A stretch of DNA of 64,000 nt from a virus, in IMG/VR virus record IMGVR_UViG_3300037245_001213, positions 7,053 through 71,052 of that record; one strand, given 5' to 3'. The translations under genes were made by a program, and so were the position numbers. The notes under the pieces were generated by a model. The model ran no database searches and was not told the origin of the DNA. It saw only the letters and a list, made by a program, of their open reading frames with translations. Numbering within the stretch: the stretch's first letter is position 1; every line of letters begins with the position of its first letter. Positions 27,767-37,725 of this stretch are shown in pieces.

Positions 27767-27839
27767 CTCCGTGGCCAGGACTCGAACCTGGGACATTTTG
27801 ATTAACAGTCAAACACTCTACCGACTGAGTTACCACGGA
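27767..27839 (-). tRNA. tRNA-Asn (GTT)
   Basis: Full cloverleaf on minus strand: acceptor TCCGTGG/CCACGGA, D-stem ACTC/GAGT, anticodon arm TTTGA-CTGTTAA-TCAAA, variable ATGTC, T-arm CCAGGTTCGAGTCCTGG, discriminator G. Confidence 0.8.
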
Positions 27840-27845
27840 GTGGTC

Positions 27846-28256
27846 TCAGTTGGCTTTCCTCACACGAGGATATAGCACATACACAGACCCATCAGGGCTT
27901 GAGACACGGATTGTGACTCGCTCAGGCCAAGGCTCTGACACCTTAGTGATAGGCGAGTCAATGTAAGGATTGTACACGGTCTCAGAACCATCCGGGTTCC
28001 TTACGCGTCGGGCAGGTTTGATACCTAGCGACTCGTAATCAGCCGGAGCGACCTCACGGTAGTTCTTGTACGCTTTGCCTGCCGCCGAGCCTTCGGTTAC
28101 TATAACCTGCTTGCGAGGCGTGTGTCGTCGACCCCATTCTGCCGACGTCTCTCGGCCTTCAGAGCGAGCATAGTACGAGTAAGCGTGATAAGGAACGGTG
28201 AAACAAGCAGCGGACGCCGACGAGGCGAGCAGCAAAACGATAGCAACGATTTTCAT
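27846..28256 (-). CDS. secreted lipoprotein (lipobox SAAC)
   Basis: RBS CAGGAGAGAAAACTTATG; MKIVAIVLLLASSASAAC signal. Confidence 0.55.
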   Translation of the reverse strand: MKIVAIVLLLASSASAACFTVPYHAYSYYARSEGRETSAEWGRRHTPRKQVIVTEGSAAGKAYKNYREVAPADYESLGIKPARRVRNPDGSETVYNPYIDSPITKVSEPWPERVTIRVSSPDGSVYVLYPRVRKAN

Positions 28257-28473
28257 AAGTTTTCTCTCCTGTATTAAAATGAACCGCCAGTCCTGCCGCG
28301 CTCCCATATCCATTGGCTGCTGTAGCCCTCGACCTTGGGCGTCGGGAGCGCGGTAACAGTCGGCAAGGGGGCGAACTGCCTGACCCTCTTACCATCTTTA
28401 TGCGAATACCAGCCGGCATGAAGATTGCCAAAGCCAGTACGAATCTTAGTTTCTCCATTCTCTCCTTACTTAC

Positions 28474-28501
28474 ATTATACCACACTTCTGGGGGTTGTCA
28501 A
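28474..28501 (-). promoter_or_regulatory. consensus sigma70 promoter TTGACA-N16-TATAAT (minus strand)
   Basis: rc reads TTGACAacccccagaagtgtggTATAAT followed by gtaaGGAGAgaATGG. Confidence 0.5.
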
Positions 28502-28704
28502 ATCGAACTGGTCAAATCGTTGATCTCGTCCTTCATCTCCGCGATTTCTTCCCTTGCATTAGAATAGTCGGCATTCAGAGAATCAATCTCGTCTTTAGCG
28601 TCTTCTAACTGACTCTCCAGGTCGTCCCTCTCTGCTTGTAGGTCATCTGCAAGGGCCTCAAGGGCACTGATAGCATCACCAATATCATGTACTTGGTACA
28701 TCAT
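28498..28704 (-). CDS. acidic coiled-coil small protein
   Basis: ORF. Confidence 0.4.
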   Translation of the reverse strand: MMYQVHDIGDAISALEALADDLQAERDDLESQLEDAKDEIDSLNADYSNAREEIAEMKDEINDLTSSI

Positions 28705-28952
28705 GTCTTCACCTTCACCTTCACCTTCAAGATGCCTGCGAAGGGCGAACACTCTTTGAGGTACGGGAATGACTCATAATCTGTGAGTTCCTTATCAGTG
28801 TAAGGGGTGAGTTCATCAGGCTCATTGATACCAACGATTCCGTCGAAGCAGCGGAGATAGAGGTCCCCATCTTCGTCAGTAAACATTTCGTTCACACCGA
28901 AATCGTTCGCAGGCTGAACTTTTGTCTTCTCTTTGATCTTAATATTCAACAT
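28701..28952 (-). CDS. hypothetical protein
   Basis: ORF. Confidence 0.45.
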   Translation of the reverse strand: MLNIKIKEKTKVQPANDFGVNEMFTDEDGDLYLRCFDGIVGINEPDELTPYTDKELTDYESFPYLKECSPFAGILKVKVKVKT

Positions 28953-28970
28953 TGTAGACTCCAGGTTAGG

Positions 28971-29144
28971 TTAGGCTTGAACAGGTACATCGACGTCTTT
29001 GATACCACACAGTGCGTCTAGGTGGTCCTCACGGGTTTCGTTGATTACTTTTCCATACTTAGTCTCCTTGTCCTTCTGCGTACGCAGCGCGATAAGTTGC
29101 TGGTCGGTCAGACCTTCTAACCACTTATACGTCGTCATCGTCAT
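28971..29144 (-). CDS. hypothetical small protein
   Basis: Internal start MTMTTYKW; overlaps DNAP stop. Confidence 0.35.
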   Translation of the reverse strand: MTMTTYKWLEGLTDQQLIALRTQKDKETKYGKVINETREDHLDALCGIKDVDVPVQA

Positions 29145-31641
29145 CTCCCTTTTCTTCCCAATCAGTAGAAGACAACTCCAGGCTGGGAAGGTCAGCCTCA
29201 GGGTCATCACGATCGTCAATTACCATATCAGGTTGGATGTGGATGCGGCGATCATCGTCGTCCTTGAAGGAATCGTCTCCCCACGATGCCAGCCCAGTGT
29301 CCCACTTCAGGGCTATCAGAGGCACCTTGTCCCTGTAACTCTCGACGCTCGCCCTGACCACCTTGGCCAGTTCGTCGGTGACACTGGGGTCGGCTACCAC
29401 ATTCACTTCGTCATGCACCTGGAACGGCGCCACCACCCAGTCTGACACTCCCCAAGGCTGCAGCGTCCACACAGCGACCTGCAAGGCCTTAGTGATCATC
29501 GCTCCAGGGCTCTGGATCAGGTGGTTATTCGCTGCCCGTACGTTGGCGGCCTGTAACTGGAAGGCGGCCCCATAGATTGCGGACGATGATGCGCCCGACA
29601 ATGTCTGGGTTCGATCCCTACGGTTACATGTCCATTCAACGAACTCTCCTGTTACACTATCCTTGTGACCTAGTTTCCAGTCTTTTGGCGGCGCTTGGCC
29701 CAGTTCAAACAGTATCTTGCATATTGTGTTCTCTAGGACGAAGTATCGCCGGAAGCCCAGGAAGGTCTCACAGTAGTCCTTAGGGTCGTTCCAGAGTATC
29801 TTGGTCCCTATGCCCCCGGTTTGCTCCATCGCCCCGAAGAGTTTCTGGTTTAGTTCGCGGGCTTCCCTGATACCAGGATACCTGGTCTGGAAGCCGTCGA
29901 ACGCCGCCACAGCAATCTTCATTTTGATCGAAAGCTTCTTGTTGATTGTAGTCTCGTCGCCTCCGTACAGCATGGCAAACACGGCTTGCTTGCCTCTGGT
30001 GTACATGTCGATTATGCTACCATCCGCATGAGCCTTACTTGCCAGGACTTGCTCAAAGGTCTTGTCCGGATACAACTGCTGAGCCATGACCGTGTGAATG
30101 GACAGTCCACTCAGCAAGTCCTTGCGCAGCCTCTCGTCGCCGAACACAGCATCCGCCAGCGTCACCTCGAACGAGTCGAAGTCCCCGCCGCACAGAACCA
30201 TACCAGGCCAAGAGAGTGTAAAGGCCTGCCGAACTTCGGCGGACTTCTTAATGCCTTGAGCGTTGAGACCATCACCACCAGACATACGACTTGATAGAGT
30301 CCCGATGACATTCAGACTTACATGGAACCTACCAGCAATCAACAGCTTACGATGTTGGTCTACTTCCTTCACAGCGGCCTTGATCTTCAGAATCTCACTA
30401 GCGCGTCGGCTAGCCTCAGTAGGCCCCGGCTTCATCCAGCCGAGGTTATCGCATCTTACACAGCCTTCGCCGAAGCACTTTATGCACTGCTCTGTCTCTT
30501 CATCTTCTAGGTACTCTTCAATCACCATACGCGAGGCGATCTTCTCCAGATTAGCTTTCTTCGTGCTCTTGTCAAGCAGGATACATTCGGTCTCGTCCAT
30601 TGACTCTCGGATGTAGGCCCGAACATCCGTAGGTTTATTTACGTTAATGGGAGAGGATGCGAGCAACGCTTCGGATTTTGCAAGTAATTCGGTAGTCTTT
30701 GCAGTGTCAATTTCAAACCCATGCCATCTGACTGCTGCGACCATGGCGGCGAGGACGGAATCATTGTCGTTCGCTTCAGGATATCCGAAGTATTCGTCGA
30801 GTAGTCTTGTGTACGTAACATCATCCCTGGCATATCGTCGGGCTTCTTCATTCGTGCTCCAGTGTTTGATATCAGTATGAATATGATGGGGCCAACAGTA
30901 ACCTAACAACTTTCCACGTTTGTCTTTGATCATCCATTCATCGTTACCACATGAAAGGGCATATGGAGCCCACTTCAATTCTGCAAACTTGTCCTTACGG
31001 TCAGCCCAAACTTCCTTAAACGAATGGAACTCAGGCTCTAAGCCTAGGCAATGCTTCGCCAGACTCTTCAGTCCTTTGTTAGGTTTGAACTTTAGCACGA
31101 CGTCTTTGAACTCAGTTGATACTTCGCCTTTGTGCGTTTTATGCTCATACACGCCCCAGCGAGCATGTAGGATCGGGTCCAATTCCATCGTAGACTCTAA
31201 CTCGTCGCGCACGTACTCAGCCAGATGGAGCGGGATCTTCTTCACTCTAACATCGTGACGACTCATTAAAGTCTGATGCTTACCTTGTCTCGAATGGAGC
31301 ATGAGATCCATAACGCCTTTAGGCTTCAAGCACGGGCCGTCACGACCTGCCTTCTCCGCTATCGCCACTTCCATTACTGGAAGATTAGCAGGGAGTTCGT
31401 TCTTGTCTAAAAGCCGGAATGTGGTGTAAATCTTACAGTAGTGAAAATGATCGAAAGCGAGGTTGAAGCCAACGAGAGTGTGGTCCATCATACTCTCAAG
31501 CAACTCTAAACTCTCGCGGGCCGGACGTGTCCAAGGCTCAAACAGATGTATCTCTCCATCGTCATAAGCATACTGAATCAATACCGCCATGCCGGCGAAC
31601 CCACAACTCTCAACGTCGGCGTATACGCAATCAGTTCTCAT
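29125..31641 (-). CDS. DNA polymerase, family A (T7-like), with 3'-5' exonuclease domain
   Basis: Exo I YADVESCG; motif A GGDFDSFEVTLA, motif B RGKQAVFAMLYGG, motif C QVHDEVNVV. Confidence 0.9.
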   Translation of the reverse strand: MRTDCVYADVESCGFAGMAVLIQYAYDDGEIHLFEPWTRPARESLELLESMMDHTLVGFNLAFDHFHYCKIYTTFRLLDKNELPANLPVMEVAIAEKAGRDGPCLKPKGVMDLMLHSRQGKHQTLMSRHDVRVKKIPLHLAEYVRDELESTMELDPILHARWGVYEHKTHKGEVSTEFKDVVLKFKPNKGLKSLAKHCLGLEPEFHSFKEVWADRKDKFAELKWAPYALSCGNDEWMIKDKRGKLLGYCWPHHIHTDIKHWSTNEEARRYARDDVTYTRLLDEYFGYPEANDNDSVLAAMVAAVRWHGFEIDTAKTTELLAKSEALLASSPINVNKPTDVRAYIRESMDETECILLDKSTKKANLEKIASRMVIEEYLEDEETEQCIKCFGEGCVRCDNLGWMKPGPTEASRRASEILKIKAAVKEVDQHRKLLIAGRFHVSLNVIGTLSSRMSGGDGLNAQGIKKSAEVRQAFTLSWPGMVLCGGDFDSFEVTLADAVFGDERLRKDLLSGLSIHTVMAQQLYPDKTFEQVLASKAHADGSIIDMYTRGKQAVFAMLYGGDETTINKKLSIKMKIAVAAFDGFQTRYPGIREARELNQKLFGAMEQTGGIGTKILWNDPKDYCETFLGFRRYFVLENTICKILFELGQAPPKDWKLGHKDSVTGEFVEWTCNRRDRTQTLSGASSSAIYGAAFQLQAANVRAANNHLIQSPGAMITKALQVAVWTLQPWGVSDWVVAPFQVHDEVNVVADPSVTDELAKVVRASVESYRDKVPLIALKWDTGLASWGDDSFKDDDDRRIHIQPDMVIDDRDDPEADLPSLELSSTDWEEKGDDDDDV

Positions 31642-31729
31642 ACCAATTTCTCCCTGGTCAGATAAGGCGCCACATCAGGCCTTAGGTGTCCTTTCTTGTC
31701 AACCTTAACCCAGAAACGTTCTTGCTCAG

Positions 31730-31888
31730 TCATTCTTGTTCCAGTTTGTATTCCCGAACATCCAAATCCTTGCCAGGGTCTATCAGACTCAATTCGTCGA
31801 CCGCGTTCCACGCCAATTCTTCAGTGGCATGGAGGCTCACCAATTCATCTAACTCGGCGTGAAGAGACAACAGTGCCCAAACTAACAT
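31730..31888 (-). CDS. small acidic protein (MLVWALLSLHAELDEL...)
   Basis: Start placed 4 nt downstream of the (GA)11 tract; track ORF 31730-32008. Confidence 0.4.
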   Translation of the reverse strand: MLVWALLSLHAELDELVSLHATEELAWNAVDELSLIDPGKDLDVREYKLEQE

Positions 31889-31892
31889 ACTA

Positions 31893-31914
31893 CTCTCTCT
31901 CTCTCTCTCTCTCT
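31893..31914. repeat. (CT)11 / (GA)11 dinucleotide microsatellite
   Basis: ctctctctctctctctctctct read directly. Confidence 0.95.
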
Positions 31915-31934
31915 CCAGTGCAAATGGTGTGCCA

Positions 31935-31976
31935 AAAAGTAAAAAACCCAGGAAGCCTGGCGCCTGGCTTCCTGGG
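31935..31976 (-). terminator. rho-independent terminator (minus strand)
   Basis: 11-bp perfect stem CCCAGGAAGCC/GGCTTCCTGGG with 8-nt loop, followed on the minus strand by TTTTTTACTTTTT. Lies 3' of gene 32023-32415. Confidence 0.7.
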
Positions 31977-32022
31977 ATTATCGGACAAACACGCTTCTTC
32001 ACGTCCACGCCCTTGTCGTCAC

Positions 32023-32415
32023 TTAACTTTCATCCGCTGCGAGATACGTACCGTAAATGTCACCCTCTTTTTCCAGGCTCACGGCATGGTTCCATGAGGT
32101 GACCTTGAGACAGATCACATCCTGGGCCATCTTGTACTTCCAGAACACGGTCAACCCTGGATACATTGCCTTCCCGTCCATTGTTTTAGGTGTGACCTTT
32201 AACAAGGGAATCGACTCGCCAAGATACTGCTTGGTCTCAGCCATAAGGTCGACGGCCTCCTCGATCCATTCCACCTGGTCTGTCAGTTTTTTAGCTACTT
32301 TAGTCAGAAGGATCTTAGATGTGGCCAATTCCCCCTCGACCTCGGCCAACTTCCCACTTCCGTACCTATACCCCTTGGTGTAGCCCTTCATGTACCTGTC
32401 AATATGCTCTGTCAT
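32023..32415 (-). CDS. hypothetical protein
   Basis: Start at MTEHIDRY overlapping dut stop (ATGA). Confidence 0.45.
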   Translation of the reverse strand: MTEHIDRYMKGYTKGYRYGSGKLAEVEGELATSKILLTKVAKKLTDQVEWIEEAVDLMAETKQYLGESIPLLKVTPKTMDGKAMYPGLTVFWKYKMAQDVICLKVTSWNHAVSLEKEGDIYGTYLAADES

Positions 32416-32846
32416 AGTCCTGTACTCCCAATTCCGCCCGATCCACGGACTGAGTCTTGCAACTCGTCCACAATGTTTACAGGAAGCGACAAGGCGTGCA
32501 TAAACACCACCTGTGCTATCCTGTTGCCTGCCTGGAACGATCGCGACACTGTGCCCATGTTCCGAAGTAGGACTTTCCACTCGCCTCGGTAATCATTATC
32601 CATCACCCCAGCCGAGGTTACAATATCTGACTTCCAGGCCATGCTCGACCGGTCCAGGATCTTGCCATAAACGCCGTAAGGCATCTCAGTAGAAAAACCC
32701 AGACCTACCATCACCTGCTCGTCAGGATCGATTACTATATCATAATAGGTGGTCAGATCATACCCCGCCGCTCCAAAGCTGCTTCGTTCAGGCGGCTTTG
32801 CACTAGGATTGAGCAATACCACACGTAATCCAGAGAAATCGACCAT
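32412..32846 (-). CDS. dut: dUTP diphosphatase (dUTPase)
   Basis: Motifs AAGYDL, GVMDNDYRGEW, RGSGGIGSTG. Confidence 0.85.
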   Translation of the reverse strand: MVDFSGLRVVLLNPSAKPPERSSFGAAGYDLTTYYDIVIDPDEQVMVGLGFSTEMPYGVYGKILDRSSMAWKSDIVTSAGVMDNDYRGEWKVLLRNMGTVSRSFQAGNRIAQVVFMHALSLPVNIVDELQDSVRGSGGIGSTGL

Positions 32847-33029
32847 TCCGGTCTCCTTATGTTAATTTTGGACCTCGTAATCTTCGATCCAAAGTGTTCC
32901 AAATGAGGTCTTTGAAGGTAAAGTTTGAAAGAAGGCGAAGGCTGAATCTTCAGAGGCAAAGATGCCTTTTAGATCATAGTAGTCCTCACCTTGCCGAAAA
33001 ACGAGCCATACTACGTCCATTCCGGTCTC

Positions 33030-33800
33030 CTATTCTATTATACCATGTTTTTTTAACATAGCAAGTGAAAGTCCAAAGAAAACTTCGTTGCTTACTTCTC
33101 CCATGCACCACCTCATGGCCTCCCAGCCTGAAGGGGACTTGCCGAGAGCCTCAAGAACCTTGACGGCCTTCAGAATCTCGCGCTTCCCCCTTACTCTAGT
33201 CCGCAGCTTCAGTTCCCGGGCCACCGACTTGGTGCTGCGTCCGATGGCGTGAGCCGCCTTCAGACGCTCCACAATGTCCCACCGGTGGTCAGGGTGGGAA
33301 ACTATCAGTAGTGAGACGTCCAGGGCTGTAAGGGCCTTAGAGTCAATCTCACGCTGTATTCGTTCCTCCAGTTTCCGGATGGACAGCCGTTCGTTTACCC
33401 ACTTCCTGCTCCTGCCCAACTCCGCTGCCACATGCCCGGCGTCAGGCTCCTTTCCATATATCTTTAGAATGCTCCGCATCTCCTGAGAAGGAGTCATATC
33501 CTTTCTGTCTAGGTTTTCTCTGAAGTTGGCCCGCTGCGCGCCGAGGTCATCAATCTCGATAACCCCACATGTCACCTCGTCCCAACCCAAGAGTGTCACA
33601 GCAATGAACCGCCTATGCCCGGCAACGATATGCCAGGGCTGCGGGCCGACTGTGTTCACTCTGATCACCAAGGGCTGCAACAGTCCTTCCTTCTCGATCG
33701 ATGCGGCCAAGTCTCGGCATGACTCAGGGTCAATGACCCCTCTACAATTGAACTCCTGGTCGTATCGAAGATCCTCCAGTTTTACTTTCAAGGTAGCCAT
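33030..33800 (-). CDS. ParB-like nuclease domain protein
   Basis: LLQPLVIRV...HIVAGHRRFIA ParB N-terminal motif. Confidence 0.6.
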   Translation of the reverse strand: MATLKVKLEDLRYDQEFNCRGVIDPESCRDLAASIEKEGLLQPLVIRVNTVGPQPWHIVAGHRRFIAVTLLGWDEVTCGVIEIDDLGAQRANFRENLDRKDMTPSQEMRSILKIYGKEPDAGHVAAELGRSRKWVNERLSIRKLEERIQREIDSKALTALDVSLLIVSHPDHRWDIVERLKAAHAIGRSTKSVARELKLRTRVRGKREILKAVKVLEALGKSPSGWEAMRWCMGEVSNEVFFGLSLAMLKKHGIIE

Positions 33801-34288
33801 ACCTCCCCATTAAAGAGGTTATTGCAGTGCCCGATCTTAGCATCAAGCAGATAATATTCTACCTCGCCTGCCTTCAAGATTCGCATCCCTTCCTCGTTCG
33901 GTTCACGCCATCGCTCAGGGGTTTTATCCAAAGCCTGCTTGTGCGCCACGACCAGTACGATCCCTGACATGACAATAGCCCGAGCACACTCTCCACAGCA
34001 AGCCCACGGGCAGTACATTATTGCCCCATTAGTATTGACACCGCTCTTGGCGGCTTTGTAAATCACGTTCCGTTCGGCGTGCTCAATGTATTTGAGTTTC
34101 TCAGTTCGATCCTCAAGCAACTCAGCGCACTTCAACCCCGGAGGGAAACGATTAGTTCCATATACAGCTATCGAGCCCCCGGAGATTATCAAAGCACCGT
34201 TCCTAGTGCTTAGATCATCGCTGTGATCATGGGCAAACAGGTAGGCCTCACGAATAAGCCTTATAGAGCCGATAGGTATTGAGGTCAT
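33788..34288 (-). CDS. dCMP/cytidine deaminase-family zinc deaminase
   Basis: HAERNVIYKAAK (HAE) and CPWACCGECARAI (PCxxC). Confidence 0.7.
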   Translation of the reverse strand: MTSIPIGSIRLIREAYLFAHDHSDDLSTRNGALIISGGSIAVYGTNRFPPGLKCAELLEDRTEKLKYIEHAERNVIYKAAKSGVNTNGAIMYCPWACCGECARAIVMSGIVLVVAHKQALDKTPERWREPNEEGMRILKAGEVEYYLLDAKIGHCNNLFNGEVWLP

Positions 34289-34470
34289 TCTTTACTCCAC
34301 TTGTCAAGTTGATCCTTATAAACATGATATCTGTCCAAGGAAGTATAAAGGAACTCCCCGGACTCATAGGACACGAAGACACCCATCGCCCCAAGGTCGT
34401 CGTCATGCTTAATGTCAATCAAGCGATAACACTTGTTGTCCCAACTACGTACGTCTAAACTAATCCCCAC
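34285..34470 (-). CDS. hypothetical small protein
   Basis: ORF. Confidence 0.4.
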   Translation of the reverse strand: MGISLDVRSWDNKCYRLIDIKHDDDLGAMGVFVSYESGEFLYTSLDRYHVYKDQLDKWSKE

Positions 34471-34481
34471 AATAACCTCCT

Positions 34482-34754
34482 TTATTCTTTGTACAAAAGA
34501 ACACGAATCTTACCGATAGGACTTTCGGACAGTCGACCTTCGTGGTCCATCAGTATGGCATAGCTCCAAGCCCCGCTGCTAGTGAACGCGACAAGATCGT
34601 AGAACTTGCCTGTGCCTTTGCCGTCCTCCTCGACAGTCACTCGCAACATGCCCTCGTTCACTGAGTCCCTGACCTTAGGCTCAGGCCCTACCTGTTCACA
34701 GGTCACGCTAATTTGTTTGTCAGTCACCACACGATCCTCCTTTAGTAATGTCAC
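34482..34754 (-). CDS. hypothetical protein
   Basis: ORF. Confidence 0.45.
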   Translation of the reverse strand: MTLLKEDRVVTDKQISVTCEQVGPEPKVRDSVNEGMLRVTVEEDGKGTGKFYDLVAFTSSGAWSYAILMDHEGRLSESPIGKIRVLLYKE

Positions 34755-37332
34755 AGATGTCAGTTGCTTCTTCTACAAGTTCCTTGCCAGAATGCTTCAT
34801 CGCTTCCTTGTACGCTACAGGTGTCAAGGGCTGCCCGTCGCGGGCCCCGTCAGGGTAGACTGTGATTCCCCTCAGTTTCGGTAGATGCTTCATCAGCATG
34901 GTACCAAAAGGCCTGACGGTGCTCTCGTTGTTCTGCTCCGACCCCCAGTGGGGAAGATTCACTGTACTGCTAATGCCATGGTCGACTGCTTGCTGCATCC
35001 AAGATTGGAACTCTACCCGACGCTCAACATCAACAGACAGGTCATAGGCGTCCTCAATCATTGCAAGGTCGATGCCTCCAGCGATAAGCCTGGCCGCTGT
35101 CGGGTCAACGACGTACTGGTAGTGCCAAGTGTTATGCTTCAAATAACGTCGTTTATAAGCGACACAGAAGATTGGCTCAATACCACTGGTCGTTTCTGCA
35201 ACGATGGATGTAGTTCCTGTTGGCGCAATCGCTCGCGTCTTAACGGGTCGGCTGACCCCAAGTTCATCCGCCCACTCGTGAGCAAACTTAGTTGACTTCT
35301 GGTAAACTTCGAGCCATTTCCAAAGTTCATGGTCTGGAGCGTATGGTTTACCTCTCTTGAGTAGCCATTCGTGAACTCCCATGAGGCCCAGGCCGAGTCG
35401 TCGGTTCTTTGTACGTGTCCGGTCGATTGCGGAGTATGGGACGTCGGAATAGAGGCTACCGGCGAGCAGATAGATCGTTCCCATTTCGACAAGACTCTCG
35501 AACTCATCAAGCGAATCGACCCTGGCAAGATTGATGGACCCGAGATTGCAAATGTCATCGGTATCCTTACTTGATACTTCAGTGCAGTTGGCAATTATCA
35601 CCCCCTCTGCGCAAAATGAATGTTCAGGAACTTTCACATCACAACAATAAACATCTGCCGGAGAACCTTCGACAACTTCCAACACTTTCACAGGACTAGG
35701 GCGGTAAGGCACATAGTCTTCACACCTTAATTGAAGCCTCTTTGTAGGTATTAGACGTAGAAAGTTTTGGACACTCTCGGCCCTGATGCTTAGGTTGCTG
35801 CAATCTGCCCCTCCAAACCCAGATTTGATTCCTCCAGAAATGGTCGATAAGATACCAAATCTAAATAGTTCGCCTTGAACATCCCCCAAGAAACCCTCGT
35901 CGCTTTGGCTCAATCTTACTCGTTGACCTTCCTCTTGATAACTGCCATCAGCGTCAAACATGCCAGCCAACCATGATGCAGACTCTTCAAGAGTCATACT
36001 AGGTACCATGGATTTGACAAATCCTTGAAAGATTCCCGCCTTGAAGTACGTCCTTGTATAACCCCCCGGCGTGTCCATGTTAATAGAGGTCATCATTGAA
36101 CAATCCATGAAATCTAAGCAATGCTTCTTCTCAGAGGTGCATAGCGTTAGTTCACCTCCACCATATTTATTGATTGAACCATCGCCAAACACGAAGCCAT
36201 TAGTGTACCATCGAGAAGAAAACTTTTGAGGGCTTACCAATGGCAAGGACCAACGTAAATCATCTCCAGGCTTCAGATTTGAGGCGGCCGTGCGGCGAAT
36301 CTCTTTCAGTCCCCGTTCCTTCCCATGTCCTTCGTACACTTCTAATAGGAATTCATGTGATGGGTCGCAAGTGATACTACCTAATGAGAACATCACTGTG
36401 ACTGTCGGAACATTCTCACCTGTCTGCTTAAACACCGTAGGTGCCCATTGTTCCCCTGTCCACACTGTTATTGGTTTATCTACGACGTCGCCTACACACA
36501 CATGTCCATCAGGAGTAAGAACTTTAGTGCCCCCGACCACAGGTGCATTACGATAAATCTCCAGTGAATCTCTTCCAAGGTTAATCGAGAACCCAGGCTC
36601 CCCTGTCTTCAGCATCTGGCGTATAGTCTCCCAGTACACGGACTGTGCCAGCGTATGCTTAGGATGTTCGTCGTCATGGTAGGCCTTGAAGAACTCGTCA
36701 TTCAACCCGACCGATATATTCGTACAGTCCAAGGTGGCTGGGAAGTTGAAGTCCTTGGCCTTCAATTCACGCACACCTTGAGGCCAGTCCTTGATGTGAA
36801 TGAACTTCATAATGTCAGGGTGGTCCCATCGGAGACCTGCCCAGATGGCTGAACGTCGACTCCCTCCTTGCATGATCCCTCGACCGCATTCGTTCAGCAT
36901 CTGCATCAGCGCAATAGGCCCCGTTGCAAACCCGCCTGTTCGTCGAATCTTGGCGCCTTCGCCACGAATGTCACTGTACTCTACTCCGATTCCAGCCCCG
37001 GTCATCAGAGCCATGCTCGACTTATGCAACAGGTCAGACCACCCCTCGCGTGAGTCATGGACTCCGAGCAAGACGCAGTTCTGCACCTGGTGATAAGATC
37101 TTCCCGACGCGTACAAGTAGCGACCGGCTGGAACAAACTTCCTTTCGGTAATGGTTTTGCAGATATCTTGAGAGAGACCATCACGCATCGTGTAACCAAT
37201 AGCCTTCATTGGGTGCTTGGTCGCGCGGTACGCAATGTTACCCCATCCTTCTGGCCCATCCGCCAACTGATGGGAATACTTCTGGTGCATGATAGTCCGC
37301 GCAAAGTCGGACATAGGTACATCCTTAATCAT
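34720..37332 (-). CDS. ribonucleotide reductase catalytic subunit (probably class II, B12-dependent) interrupted by an intein
   Basis: Extein motifs QNCVLLG, ...YRNA|CTEV (N-x-C-x-E), CNLGSINL. No NrdB-like gene in the window. Confidence 0.8.
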   Translation of the reverse strand: MIKDVPMSDFARTIMHQKYSHQLADGPEGWGNIAYRATKHPMKAIGYTMRDGLSQDICKTITERKFVPAGRYLYASGRSYHQVQNCVLLGVHDSREGWSDLLHKSSMALMTGAGIGVEYSDIRGEGAKIRRTGGFATGPIALMQMLNECGRGIMQGGSRRSAIWAGLRWDHPDIMKFIHIKDWPQGVRELKAKDFNFPATLDCTNISVGLNDEFFKAYHDDEHPKHTLAQSVYWETIRQMLKTGEPGFSINLGRDSLEIYRNAPVVGGTKVLTPDGHVCVGDVVDKPITVWTGEQWAPTVFKQTGENVPTVTVMFSLGSITCDPSHEFLLEVYEGHGKERGLKEIRRTAASNLKPGDDLRWSLPLVSPQKFSSRWYTNGFVFGDGSINKYGGGELTLCTSEKKHCLDFMDCSMMTSINMDTPGGYTRTYFKAGIFQGFVKSMVPSMTLEESASWLAGMFDADGSYQEEGQRVRLSQSDEGFLGDVQGELFRFGILSTISGGIKSGFGGADCSNLSIRAESVQNFLRLIPTKRLQLRCEDYVPYRPSPVKVLEVVEGSPADVYCCDVKVPEHSFCAEGVIIANCTEVSSKDTDDICNLGSINLARVDSLDEFESLVEMGTIYLLAGSLYSDVPYSAIDRTRTKNRRLGLGLMGVHEWLLKRGKPYAPDHELWKWLEVYQKSTKFAHEWADELGVSRPVKTRAIAPTGTTSIVAETTSGIEPIFCVAYKRRYLKHNTWHYQYVVDPTAARLIAGGIDLAMIEDAYDLSVDVERRVEFQSWMQQAVDHGISSTVNLPHWGSEQNNESTVRPFGTMLMKHLPKLRGITVYPDGARDGQPLTPVAYKEAMKHSGKELVEEATDICDITKGGSCGD
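35587..36543 (-). mobile_element. intein with LAGLIDADG homing-endonuclease domain inside RNR (about aa 264-582; boundaries approximate)
   Basis: Block A-like GGTKVLTPDGHV, block B SLGSITCDPSHEF, LAGLIDADG pair NGFVFGDGSI and LAGMFDADGSY, C-terminal ..GVIIAN followed by extein Cys. Confidence 0.7.
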
Positions 37333-37725
37333 CTACTTCTCAATCCTTGTAATAGGTGATCCGTACTATTTCGCCCTCTGTGACCGTGACACATTCAGGA
37401 AAACTCAACTCAGTGTAGCGGTCACTGACAGCGACCACTTCTACTTTGAACACTTTCCTGCACACGTCCGATCGGGTACAATAAATTCTTATCTCGGCTT
37501 TCATTTGATCAGCCTAACTGCGCACGCAAATAAACCGAGAACCACAGCGGCAAGGATGACGCACCCGATATAAAGAAGGGGCTGCAAACAGAGTTCAATT
37601 TCGCTCATAAATACCTCAGAAAAGTAATGCCCCGGCTGTAAATGCGAGGGACGCTATAGCGAACACCAGCAATAATGCCAGCACAATGTAAAATTTGATG
37701 ACGATTGATATAGTATCTTCGACGC

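Noticed and set aside
28159-28485. 108-aa minus ORF overlapping the lipoprotein gene
   Set aside because: Arg/Pro-rich low-complexity product overlapping by about 100 nt a gene with a clear RBS and signal peptide; at most a short leader ORF behind the promoter
32753-32959. 68-aa ORF overlapping dut
   Set aside because: Out of frame within the well-supported dUTPase CDS
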